DNA from: Balamuthia mandrillaris
Lineage: Eukaryota
Direction: 5' to 3'
Length of the DNA: 64,000 nucleotides
Assembly: GCA_031835245.2 (NCBI GenBank)
Contig: JAVKOQ020000055.1
Coordinates: 1-64,000, forward strand
In this document: positions 10,331-21,533 of the stretch, piece by piece
How the letters are laid out: every line of letters starts with the position of its first letter
How positions within the stretch are numbered: the first letter of the stretch is position 1
The notes under the pieces: model-generated
What the model was told of the DNA's origin: nothing
The model's input: only the letters and a program-made list of their open reading frames with translations
Databases searched by the model: none
Made by a program: the position numbers and the translations under genes

Positions 10331-12635
10331 AAGTGCTTGCAACGTAAAAAAGCGGATCAAGATGTTTCGGGCGGCGTTGGCATCTCGATCCGCCTGGTAG
10401 CCACACTCGGGTTGGGGGCACCGAAAGGTCTTGTTTCCCCCAACTGGTGGTGGACTTGGCCGCACTTGCCGCAGGTTTTGGAGGTGTATTCCTCATCGCA
10501 GAGGCAGACCGTACAGGACGGAAATTGCTGGGCCTTGTTGAGGAGCCTCTGCCTGAAGCGATAGTGGGACCAGGTGAGCATGGCTCTGGCCGTTCGCGAG
10601 CCAATGCGGCGGTGGCCTCGCCGCACCATCTGCTGGCTCCTGAACTCTGGCAGAAGGATGAGGGAGAAGTTCCTGACCAACCAAGACACGAGCTTCTTGT
10701 GGAGGTCATCCACCAGGTTGCGGATCCTCTGGCGAAGCCGAGCAGCGGCCCTTCGGAGACGGCGCCGTTGCCTGTGGTTGCCCTTGGTGCCCTTACTCTG
10801 CATGCGATCCAGGCGGTGGCACAGCTTGCCTATCTCGTTGATGTCCGCTTTGCCCCACTCGGTGACCTCCCCGCAGCCGTTGTAGGTGGTCATGAATGTG
10901 CGCACTCCTGGATCCAAGGCGATGATGCCTGCCTCTCTCCTTCGGTGCTCACGGGCTTGGCTCTCGCCCATGAGCTTCAAAGGCTGAGGCACGCAGAGGT
11001 AGTAATGGCCCAGTCGAGTGTCCTTCACCAGACGAACGGCATAGAGCACCTCTGACGGAACTTTGTAGTTCTTGTCCCTCGCTTTGATTCGCGCCTCCCC
11101 GAAGAAGAGTTGGCGGATAGAGCTGTTGTGGTTCCACTCCCTGGCTTGGATGCTGAGAGACTGGCTCTTGTCCTTCCTACCACGGAACTTCATCTGGAAT
11201 CCAGTCGTGCCTCTGCCCGCCGCCAAGCTGGTTTTCACGCCGTTGAAGAAATCATCGACAGCGTCACTCCGAATGAATCGAGGAGTTTCCAACACCCACG
11301 CAAGGCTCTTGTTCTCTCCCTTGAAATTGCTGTTATTTAGGAATTTCTTCCTGACTTGTTCCTTCATCTCATCACGAGGCATTCCTTGATGTTCACGATG
11401 GAACTCCACGGCCTTGTTGTAGGTCCATCGTACTGTGCCGAACCACTTGGCCAGCGTCTTCTTTTGTTCTGAGCGCGGATAAAGGCGGATCTTCTCCACT
11501 CGCCCCACTACCGGTTTCTCCTCTCCGTTCTTGCCTTTTTTGGTGAGCTGTACGGCTGGGCGAGACGGAACGAGTCCCTCGATGAGGCCTAACAAGCCTT
11601 TCTGGTTTTTCTCCTCTTCTTCCTTCTCCTTCTCCTTCTCCTTCTCCTCTTCCTCTTCCTCCTCCTCCTCCTCCCTCTCCTTCTTCTCCTCCTCCTCCTC
11701 CAACACCTTTTCTCCGTTAGGAATGTGCTTGCAGGCGGTGAACCATCCTGAACCACAGGCAAAGGGTTCTTCCAAGCACAAGGCTTCCGGGCGTATTAAT
11801 CTTCTCCCGATTAAGCTGGAAAACTGGTTCCAAAAGGGCTGGGCAGGTGCAGCCTGCGGCCTACCACGCTTCTGTGCCCTTGCCTGAGGTGCCGCTGGGG
11901 CGTTTTCCGCTCTTCTTTTCCGAGTAGCAGTGGAAGTAGCAGAAGTAGTGGCGCGACCCCCTTCCTTGTGAACCCGACCGAAGTGGATGGCCAACCCGTG
12001 AGAGGTAGGTAGCAAACTTTTTTCCGCACTGTGGGCAACTTGCCATTCAGGCCAGCTTCCAGCAGCGTTGTGGAAGAGGCGCACAGAGGTTCGTGATGCT
12101 GTTCTTTTTTAAACAAAAGAAATCATTAGTGAGTGGTTGGTAACAAATTTTTTTTTCCATCATCAAAAAATGTAGTGAGCGAGCAGAGAAAAAAGAACGC
12201 TACCTTTTCAATCGGAGCAGTGCCCCTGCCTGCGGCTGAACCGCTTCGGTTTCCACCTCTGCCTCCTTCCGCTGGTTTCCTCCTTGTGTAGTAGAAGCGT
12301 AGCAATGAGAAATACGGTGGTGCGTGGAGCTTCGTGGATGTGAGTGTCTGTGTGTTTACTTTTGAAAAGAAAGAAAAGAAGAGAAGAAAAGAAAACGAGT
12401 AGCAGAAAAGTGTCAAGGCGAATGACGAGTACCAAAAGTTTATTGGCGGCAGCAGCAGCATGAGCATCCATTCCGTACACCCCCCACCCCACACCCCAAC
12501 CCACCACTTTGCCTTCAAAGACGTGGGAGAAGGAAGGGTTGTTTTGGCGGGAAACATGCTCATTGGCCCAAAAGACTAATGTCGTGATTTCTTTTTTCGT
12601 TGTCCTTAGATCTTATGATCTTTGCGCCGCCTTAG
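10116..12635 (-). mobile_element. Non-autonomous TIR DNA transposon carrying a Fanzor gene
   Basis: TIRs CTAAGGCGGCGCCAAGATCA (10116-10135) and TGATCTTTGCGCCGCCTTAG (12616-12635) match 19/20; second inverted block GGACAACGAAAA (10148-10159 / 12594-12605); flanking direct repeat GGCGGGCGACT at 10107-10117 and 12635-12645. Confidence 0.9.
10295..12084 (-). CDS. Fanzor2-type (TnpB/IS605-IS607 OrfB-like) RNA-guided nuclease, frameshifted near the 3' end; true start probably upstream via introns
   Basis: KIRLYPRSEQKKTLAKWFGTVRWTYN (HTH_OrfB), IIALDPGVRTF (RuvC-I), ILLPEF, WSHYRFRQRL, DEEYTSKTCGKCG; adding one G at the C5 run 10437-10441 restores LGGNKTFRCPQPECGYQADRDANAARNI (Zn finger plus RuvC-III), stop at 10295-10297. 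Confidence 0.92.
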
Positions 12636-12968
12636 GCGGGCGACTGGTGTCGACGCAAAGTCGAGTCGACGCAAAGCGCGAGGACCTCAGGTGGGGGAAG
12701 TGGTGCGTGGAGCATCTGTACGTGGTGGCAACGGAGGAGCTACTTGAGGTTCGTGCAGGTTGTGATAACATGTACAATGGTTACACACAACCAAACAAGA
12801 CGCGTCAGAAAAACTTCAAGCAACAAGAAAAGGCAATAAACGGAATTCGGAAACGAAGAACTAACAAGAAGCGAAACAGCATCATAGCGAACAAAAAAAA
12901 CAACAATGGATTGCCCCGAGGCTATCTCAGGCCCGAGAAGAAAGGATATAACACACCAGCGGAGGAGT

Positions 12969-13695
12969 TCATACATGTATCTCTTCAAAGCTAAGGCCTT
13001 GTTCACGGCACAGTTTCGCCATGAACTCTACATCAATCCCAGCTCCATAAGGGATAGGAATACAATCCGCCTTCATCTGGTGAATCTGCTGGCATAGGTT
13101 CCTCCATGTAGGACCCAAGAGGGGGCGTGGGCTTTGTATGCGATGGTGGCAGATCGCTTGGTGGGAAGCGTAGCTTGAAAAGTGCACACGTCCTTCGTGG
13201 AGCTCTTCCTGGGAGGGCCAGTTGCAAAATTCGTTGTTTTCATCCTTGTTAGCTTGTTGGTGCTGTATCATAAAGCTTTGTTGGAGGTCCTCCATCACCT
13301 TTCTGCAGAAGGCAGCTGCGGTCTTAAACTTCAGAGATTGTAGGTCGCGCCTCTGCAACTCTATGTCCCGCTCGCGCCGTTCAAGTATGATTTGAAGGTC
13401 GCGCTTCTCCAACTCTGCGTCGCGCTTCTGTAGTTCAAGTTTGGTTTGAAGGTTTGCCACCCGAACTCCCAGCGCCAGGACTTCAAAGTTTACCTCGGTG
13501 GGGGCTCCCTTGCAGCGATCCAACAAGCGCAAAACGTCGATGTGGTTCTCCACGGAGTTCGCCTGCAGCAGGTGGGCAAGTTTCTGTTGGGTTTCAGCCA
13601 GTTCTTTCTGTAGTGCCGTTGTTTCTAATGCCTCCGACGCGTCTTGTATGTCTCCTCCTCCTTCCTCTTCCTCCTCCTCTTCTCCAGCGTGTCCC
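12969..13695 (-). CDS. Hypothetical coiled-coil protein (start uncertain)
   Basis: Open frame ...ALQKELAETQQKL...LELQKRDAELEKRDLQIILERRERDIELQRRDLQ...GLSFEEIHV*. Confidence 0.45.
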
Positions 13696-13941
13696 TAACG
13701 GCAAACCATACCCCTCAAGCAGCTGTCCGCAACAATGCGAGGGAGCATCAGATATCTGCCAACCTATTATATCAAACCCTCAACCTCGCAGTCGACAAAA
13801 AAGGAACAGATTTCCGATAAAATTGCGAAATATTTATAACTATTGCACGATCGTTGTCGACATAATCAAATAAAATGAGCATAAACTGAGTACCTATGCT
13901 GCACGATTGTCTACAAAAATAAAAAAACCCAACAGAAGAAG

Positions 13942-16900
13942 ATGGACGTAGGAGAAGCGGACGTGGTGATCAACGCCGCTCTGAGCTTTCTTCTTCGCGC
14001 CCCCTTCTCGCTGGCCGCCAGCGAAACGGCCCTGGTCGATAAAAAGCTGCACGCGCTGGAGCGAGACACGCACCTCAACAACCTCTGCGCCTTCGCCTTC
14101 CAATTCGGCCTCGGCGCCGACCAGCTCCACTCCGTCGTCCTCCACCTCATCTGCTCCGACGAGGAGGAGCTCCAACTCCTGCTCGAGAAGCAGCTGCTGG
14201 AAAGCCACGAAAACGCCACCGTTGCCGCCGCCACTGAAGGAGGAGAGAGGCAGAAGCAGACGAAGAAGCAGACGACGAGGAAGAGATTGTCGTTGGATGA
14301 AAGGGCCAAACGACGACTGCTGAAAAGCCTGTTGCCGCGAGGGCAGGTGCGAGAGGACACCCTGATCCAGCTGTTGGGGGCCTTTGGGCAGGCGGACTTT
14401 GGGGCGACCCTCCAGCGCCTCGCCCTGCGGTGGATGGTGCTCGTGTGGGAGCTGCTGGACTCGACGGAGCGGCTGCACGCCCTCTATGGTGTGTTCTTTC
14501 ACTACCTGGAGGTGGACGCCCTGCGCCCCTTTGTGTGCAACCTGTTGTTTCGGCTGACCCGGCGGGAGCATGTCCTTCCCTTTCGCGTGAGGAAGCTGTA
14601 CGCTCGCTGCTCTTCTCTTCTCTCTACCCTGCTCTCTTGCTCTCTTGCTCTCTTGCTCTCTTGCTCTCTTGCTCTCTCTCTCTCTCTCTCTCTCTTGCTC
14701 TCTTCTCACTTTTGTTCTGTAACAAAGACAACAATTGCAAGAAAAGTTAGGCCACGACGTTGGAGTGCAAGCCTTGTTGATGATTTATTGTCAGTACTTC
14801 CCTGATTCGGTCGTTGTAAACGATCAACACAAGTCCATCTCATCTTTGTTTAAGGTATAATACTCTGTTCTTTTTCTTCCTCCTTTCATCTTTCGGTAAG
14901 ATAGCGAGAGTGAGAGACTTTTGTACTAACAGCTTGATTATTCTTTTTTTAAAAAAAAACAAACAGTTGGTTCCACGAAAGTTGGAAGAACAACTAATCC
15001 TCATTCAAGAACAGTTTAATGCTGATGTCTCTTCCGACGAAGAGAAAGGTGAGGAAGAAGAAAACGAAACAGAAAACACCCAAGCTGTAAATGTAGGCGA
15101 AAAGAGAAGAAAAAACGAGTCTGCTACTGAAGAAAGAAGAACGCCAGAAACGAAAAAGCGGAGAACACAATCTCTTGATGCTTCTTCTTCTAGTACTATT
15201 GATCCCTCTCGTCCTCTTGCATTAGATGCACAGCGGACACCCAACTTGTATGCAAACCGTCTTCGTAGTCGTGGGCGTCACTCTGCCTCTTCGTCTTCCT
15301 CGGATTCGTTGGGTCATGGTTCTTCTCTTAGCTTACTACCTGCACTTACCACAACTTCTCGCTTGGTACTTCGTTATTCTTTGCCCTTTGCTCTTTCTTT
15401 CTTGCTCTCTCGTTCTCGTGCTTTCACTCTCTTCCCTGCTTCTCTCTTCTTGTATTTATTATTTATTTATTTCCTTCTATTTCTTCCAACAGGAGGCTAT
15501 AGCAAGCAAAACAACAAAAGTGGCGATGGAGCAAATATCATCTATAGATGAATTCTCCAAAAACGTTGAGCTGATAGCTTTACCTGACCAAATGGCAGCC
15601 ACTATTTCGCATCGTTATCTGCAACATTTTATTTTACTACACCCCCAACGTACTTTCTTATTCTTTTTCGTCTTCTCCTTCCTCTTCTTCTTACATACTT
15701 CTTTTGTGGCATAACAGCATCTTCGATTCAACGAATTAGTTATTGGCTATCTTTCGTGTTGGAGGAACTGTTTCATTGGAAGAACAGAAGCACTGCCGAC
15801 AACCACTTCCATCCTACTGATCATCTTTTATTGCAATTGGCCAATTTTGCTGAGTTTATTCAAGTATTTCTTTCCTGCTGCTTTCTTCATTCTTCATTTT
15901 CTATCTTCTTGCTTATTATCTTTGTCTCTTTTTCTTTAAAATTTTGAACAGGAAACCATTCCTTGTTTCGAAAGATTCTTGCACGACTTTTTGCGAAGAT
16001 GGGATGGCATTCACCACTTTGACGCCATACTCCGTCTCATTACTTTCATCCATCCTTGTCCCTATCAAAAACTCTACGACTACATTCTTCAACCCATTCG
16101 GAAGCTATTTTTCACTTCTTCTGTTCAAACTAAGGTAACCTCTTGCTATTCTCTCTGTTCTTTTAACACTTGTTCCTTACTATTATTTTATGTTTATTGC
16201 TTTAAAAATCAGGCGAGATATTTGGAATGTTTTACAGACTTGGTTGAGAATTGGGCTTCTATCAACTGGACAGACTTTTACAAATCCTCTTCCTCATCAT
16301 CATCATCTTCTTCTTCTTCTTCTTCTTCTACTTCTTCCAGATACATTTTCCACAAACTCTCTAAAGATGTGGATTATATGAGTACGTTGCGACTGCTTAT
16401 CCGCTATGTGGATAAACTGTGCGTTTTGGCTTTGGAGCTGGACAACAATCACAGTCTTCTTCTTCACGCCGTTCTGTCTTTTTATGAAGTCGTACGTCGT
16501 TCTCAATCTCTTTTCTTCTTCGTATATCTCTTTCTCACCTCTCTTTTTGAAAAAAAACAGGTTTCAAAACTATGTTCGAACTACGGACTCCCGTTTAGTA
16601 TACCTCCCTCTCCTGGGGTGGTCTATCGTTGCTTGCTGTCCTCAACGCCAATGGCCGTCTCTAGACTTTGCGGCATTATCGTTCAGTACAAAACAGATTT
16701 CGAGAGAGCAGCCTCGATAACAACTTCGACATCGATGGTGATGATGAGAGGCGGCAAAAACATTCACGACAACAACGCGGAGAATGTTAAAGTGCTGAAC
16801 AAGTATATATCGGACTTGGGAGTTGCGTTCTGGAGGAACAACGCTTTCGATCGGCCTGCCAGCTCCTTTGACTTATCTGAGTACGTTTTGGTCTTTCTCT

Positions 16901-17390
16901 GTGCCATGACTTTCTGTTCTTGTTGCTTTGCTTTTTCTAAGTTGGTAACATCCGCATTTTTTTTTCAAAAACAAAAGAGCAACCGTGCAGAACATGAAAT
17001 ATCCAGGAATGCAATACAGCCTCTCCATCACGCACTCCATTCCCTTCAGTTCTTTGGCGTGGGAATATATCAAACGTTTGGAGAGCAAAGGCCTCGTCCC
17101 CGCTAACACGTCCCCTAATCCAGGCGTTATCTTGCGGGTTTGTTTCTCATCTTTCCGCTCTGCGTCTCTCTTCTTCTCCTCTTCAATCTTCTCTCTCTTT
17201 CTTTTTCACTTATCGTCTCTTCGCTTTGAAACAACAGAATGAAGATTTACGGTATGGTTATGTAAAGTATCTAGCGGAGCGGGAGTTCACAGGGGTCTCA
17301 GAGTTTCTATTCACGTTCGTAAACCGCCTATCCACTCGAAGAGCCAAAGAAAAAGAAGAAGAGAAGCAAAAAGCATCACCAGGAAAATGA
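13942..17390 (+). CDS. CENPI: Centromere protein I (CENP-I/Mis6/Ctf3), multi-exon
   Basis: LQRLALRWMVLVWELLD, LYGVFFHYL, LRPFVCNLLFRLTRREHVLPFRVRKL, IALPDQMAA, FLRRWDGIHH; last exon ends KASPGK* at 17390. Confidence 0.85.
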
Positions 17391-17409
17391 AAAAGCACTT
17401 CGCCTTTGT

Positions 17410-17713
17410 TTAACAACCAAGTTCTTTTTGTAGCGCGAGATGAGTTTGTTGTCTCATCATCTCGCGGAAGCACATCGTTGCATAAGTTGAGGATGGCAGC
17501 ATAAAACTTGCTCTCACTCCTTTAAACTTTTTCTCTCCTATTTTTAAAGTACGCCAGAATGAGAAGAAATAAACAAGAAAGAGAGGAAAAAAACAAACCC
17601 GAAGAAGCGGGCAAAGAAACGCCTGTTAAAAGATCCAAATCTGTTAGTAACAGATTCTCATCTGGGTCCGCGTAATGCACTATCTCCCTATGTTTTTCCT
17701 TTGTCAGAGCGAG

Positions 17714-17753
<40 letters not shown>

Positions 17754-19007
17754 GAAATAGACAAGGAGCGAACAAAAAAAACTAACCATTTCAAATCATG
17801 AGGACGTTCGATGAGCTTACGATAGCCGCCAGGCAAGCGATAATCACGCACCGGCTGATCCCTGAACGTCTCCACTGAAATAGAGTCAAGTGCCATGGCC
17901 TCGTGATACGCTTTTCCGATCTCATTCTGTGGGAAGAGAACGTTGTGGCCTGGTAAAGGTAACACCACGTCATCAATCGTATAATGCTTCAACTCTTCTT
18001 CCGTTTCCAAAACTTTGACACTTCGTTTGTTATTGCTGTCCATCGCTACGCTATCTTCGCCTTCTGCTTCTTCGTTGAGTTCTTGTTCTTCTTCCTCTTC
18101 CTCTTGTACTTTTGCTTTTTCATTTTCTTCGGTGGGAGTGGAGACAAACACTAAATCGCCGAGGATTGGATGGAGAGCGCCGTAGCGTTGTATGCGTTCG
18201 CTTGCCATCAAGTTCCAGATGTAGCTCTGATAGCTGTGCCCATACATCGTTCGCATGTTTCTTGGTAGCTATTTGATTTTTAAAATCGTTCGATAAGGAT
18301 AGAGTGATAGCGGATAAGAAAGAAGATAGAAGAAAGAGTTGAGAGGGATAAGAGTACTGTTGCAAAGGCGTTACAAAACTGAGTGGGTCCCTGTCGTCGG
18401 AGAGCCTCGAGAAGCAAACGTTCCACCACCAAATGCTTTGGAAGTTGTTTGAGTGTGCCATTGATGTCGCCCGTCTCTGCATAGTACTTCCGTGCGTTTT
18501 CCACTGATTCTAGTTCTTTTAAAAAGTACGGGTGGAATTATATTTAGAACTAAAATAACAAGCAGAGAAAAAAAAAAGGAATGGATACCTCCAGCACGAG
18601 GTTGCAGCACAAGAGAGGCAGCCTCCTTCCAATTGCCTTTAATGAGCACAACACCAACCCGATGAGTAGGAACGGAGGACGTGCCAAACCGCTGAAGCCC
18701 AAAGTAATTGATGAAGCCATGTTTTTGCAAGTGTTGCAAAGAATTGTTGATTTGTTCATCTGGTGCAGTCACATTCCTATTATTGTAAGAGGGTTTTTTT
18801 AAAAATAAATAAACGAGAAAGGAAAGTAGGGAGTAATGAGGGAAACAAAAAGCGGAACGAGGAAAAGGAGGAAGAAGTAGGGGAAGAGTGATATAAATAC
18901 CTCAAAACGATTTCAAAATGGTTGCCAGCGAGATCGCCTAACCGCAATGGTTTTGTCACATATCTGCAGATTCATATGTTAAAACAACACTAACAGAAGC
19001 GAGGAGA

Positions 19008-19043
<36 letters not shown>

Positions 19044-20677
19044 GAGAGAATGTAGCAGCAAAAAATTATGAACAGAAGAGCAGTGACGCAGCTGCATCAT
19101 CTGCGATAGGAACATGCTGCTTTCTCAAAATGTTTTCGCTGTCATCCGATTTGTAACAAGAGCTTCATTGAAATAACACAATAACACTTGTGTTAAGTGT
19201 TATTTGATGTGTTTCTCATTAACTCCTGCTATTAGAACGGATTTCACAAAGAAGCAAGTGGGGAAGAGGAAGGAGCAAGAAAAAAAGAAGAAGAAAAGGG
19301 TTGGAACGAAGAGAAAGAAAGAGGTAACGTACGAATAGTTGCCAACGCGTAAACCGCGCAGCCGAGCGTTCAATCCGGAGAGCTTGCGTACATCAAGTTT
19401 AAAACCAGTGATGTGTTGAGTGGTAACTCCTCTCTTATCTTTTGTGCCAGAAAATGAGAATATCTTCCCTCCTCTTACGCTATTCACCATGTTAAACAAA
19501 GCAAACAAGAGGAAAAGAAATAAGTAATGACTGATAAATACACACTTAAACGTTTCAAAGATGAAGGAGAGAGGGAGAAAGAAGAACAAAAAGAACAAAA
19601 AGAAGAAAGAAGAGTACAAGACTGAAAGAATAGAAAGGCAAAAGCCAAAACACAAAAGAGAAATGAGGACGAACCCAAGCATCTTTCCCAACAAGTTCAA
19701 CGCAAAGGTTGTATCCTTGTTCTCCTTGTACAGCACGAAACGAAGGTAGGTCCCTCTATCCGCTGGCCATTCCCTCCTCTTCTGTCTTCTCTGCTGCGAG
19801 CCGCTATTTCCTCCCGTGAACTTCACCACTATTCTCTGGCTATTCTCCGACGACGAAGAAGAACAGCTTTCAGACTGCGTCATCAAGACACTGCCAAAGA
19901 AGCGTTTGAAGAGCTGATGGACGGCCGTGCGGTGGTCCTTGTCGTCGTCCGCCGCCAAGCGAAAGCAGGGCAGGGCCTTCTTCTCCCGCTGGGAGAGCAG
20001 CGCGAAGCGCTCGTTCCAGTAGTGCTGGTGGAGCCACTCAAAGAGCCGTTCGCTCTCCTCTTTGCCCAAGAGGTTGGCAAAGTGAGTCCTGGCCTCTTCT
20101 CTCTCCGCTTCGCTCCCCGGCAGAGCATTTGAAGTCGGTTGTTGTGGTTGTGGGGCATCGGTTGAGGAAGCTGCTTCGCTTTGGGTTTCGGTTGTTTCTT
20201 CTTCCGCTTCTTCGGGAGGAAGAGAAGAAGTGTCAGTGAGACGAACGATGGTTCCGTCGGAAGCTACTTCTCGAACGATGAAATCAGTGTATCTTTTTTT
20301 TAAAATGTTGTGAGTTTGATTGGGGTATTGGAGAAAGAAAAGAAGAGGAAAAGAAAGGGGGAAGGGTGGTTTTTCGTTTACCTGTGTTTAAAGACGCCGG
20401 ACCAACCCTGTGTCTCGTTGTTGAGAAAGATTCGAATGCCAACATCCCCCTCCAGCACTGACACTTGTTGGCGTTGCGGTTTTTTCTGTGGCGGTTGCTG
20501 CTGGCTATTGTTGCCCACCTCGTCATCATCATCCCTTCTCACTTTTTTGGTTGGCCCTTCTTCGCCCTCTCCTGTGTTGTCTTTGTGCTTCTCTGGCCCG
20601 TTGTTAGCTTCACCGTGCTGCGGCGCTTCTGTGGTCCGAGTGTCGTCGAGCTCTCTCTTCCTGCTCTTTCCTTCCAT
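17410..20677 (-). CDS. PUS7: Pseudouridine synthase TruD/PUS7, multi-exon
   Basis: YLRFVLYKENKDT, FSFSGTKDKRGVTTQ, LRLGDLAGNHFEIVLR, GFINYFGLQRFG, MYGHSYQSYIWN, VVLPLPG, LPGGYRKLI, FMLPSSTYATMCFRE. Confidence 0.95.
19064..19250 (-). ncRNA. Candidate intronic H/ACA-like structured RNA
   Basis: Hairpin (19144-19242), ANANNA box AAAACA (19131-19136), hairpin (19074-19125), AUA tail (19067-19069), inside a 369-nt intron (18964-19332). Confidence 0.5.
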
Positions 20678-20839
20678 TCCCCTTCGTTCTTTTTTTTTAC
20701 TATCGTGACGACACGGAAAATTTTCATGTCGTCATGGAAGCATGTTCAGGACGACACGATAAATTGGAGATCCTCGGGACGACCTGAAATACGACACCCA
20801 ACAAAAAAAAAACAGGGAAAGGAAGGAAACGAACAGGAG

Positions 20840-21043
20840 ATGTTATTGTCGACGGTGTGTCTGCTGGGGCTTGCGGCGTCGGTGGGCTGTCTCTTCTGGA
20901 CCTGCTTCTCCTTCAACCGCATCCCGGAGCAGGACAAGGAGATGGAGCACCACCTCTCCTTCGGCGCCTGCCTGGTGTGGCTCTTCCTCGCCTCCTTTCT
21001 CTCCGGTCTCTCCGCCTTGCTTTTCCTGTGGTTCGGTCTCTAA
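20840..21043 (+). CDS. Small two-TM protein, possibly OST5/TMEM258-like
   Basis: 67-aa GC-rich ORF with two hydrophobic helices; C-terminus FLASFLSGLSALLFLWFGL resembles the TMEM258/Ost5 ending as I recall it. Confidence 0.45.
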   Translation: MLLSTVCLLGLAASVGCLFWTCFSFNRIPEQDKEMEHHLSFGACLVWLFLASFLSGLSALLFLWFGL

Positions 21044-21260
21044 CAAAAAAACTGTCCAAAAAAAAAAAATAATACACTTGGCAATCATCATCGGCCAGAG
21101 AGAGATGCATTATTTTTCACCTTGCTTTTCTTGCATCACATACATCTTCGACACATCAAAAAAAAAAAAAATCCAAACTAGAGAAGGGAAAAAAATTGGG
21201 AGAGTTGATTGGATTTTTGAAAAATAAAAAAATTCACAAAAAAAAATAAAAAAAATAGAT

Positions 21261-21533
21261 TTAGTCGAGGTTGAGGGCCTCCGAGTTGTGTCCCAGGGAC
21301 TGCATTCTCTCCTTGAAGCCGTCGAGGTCGTGGACGGCGGCGGAGGGGTTCTCGGCCAGCCTCTTCTTCCAGTTGTTGTGGACGAGGCGGAGGCGCTGCT
21401 CCTGGCCCCTCTCGTAGCTGGACAAGGCCCACTTGGAGAGCACGCCGGTCACCACGCAGACGACCGTCATCTGCACAAACATGCGGCCAAAGAGAGCGCG
21501 GACTACGCCGGTGGGTTCGTGGTGGAAGGTCAT
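21261..21533 (-). CDS. Small single-TM protein (possible mitochondrial complex subunit)
   Basis: 90-aa intronless ORF with strong GC3 bias and one hydrophobic segment (MFVQMTVVCVVTGVLSKWAL). Confidence 0.6.
   Translation of the reverse strand: MTFHHEPTGVVRALFGRMFVQMTVVCVVTGVLSKWALSSYERGQEQRLRLVHNNWKKRLAENPSAAVHDLDGFKERMQSLGHNSEALNLD

Noticed and set aside
10430..10445. Programmed -1 ribosomal frameshift at GGGAAAC in Fanzor
   Set aside because: The heptamer is not in X_XXY_YYZ phase relative to the incoming frame (TTG GGG GAA ACA); an indel is simpler
19155..19230. SECIS element (AUGA / GA quartet)
   Set aside because: It lies in an intron rather than a 3' UTR, and no in-frame UGA selenoprotein was seen nearby
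21261..21533. Assignment as COX6C/Cox9
   Set aside because: Only size and topology resemble it; not supportable without a profile search
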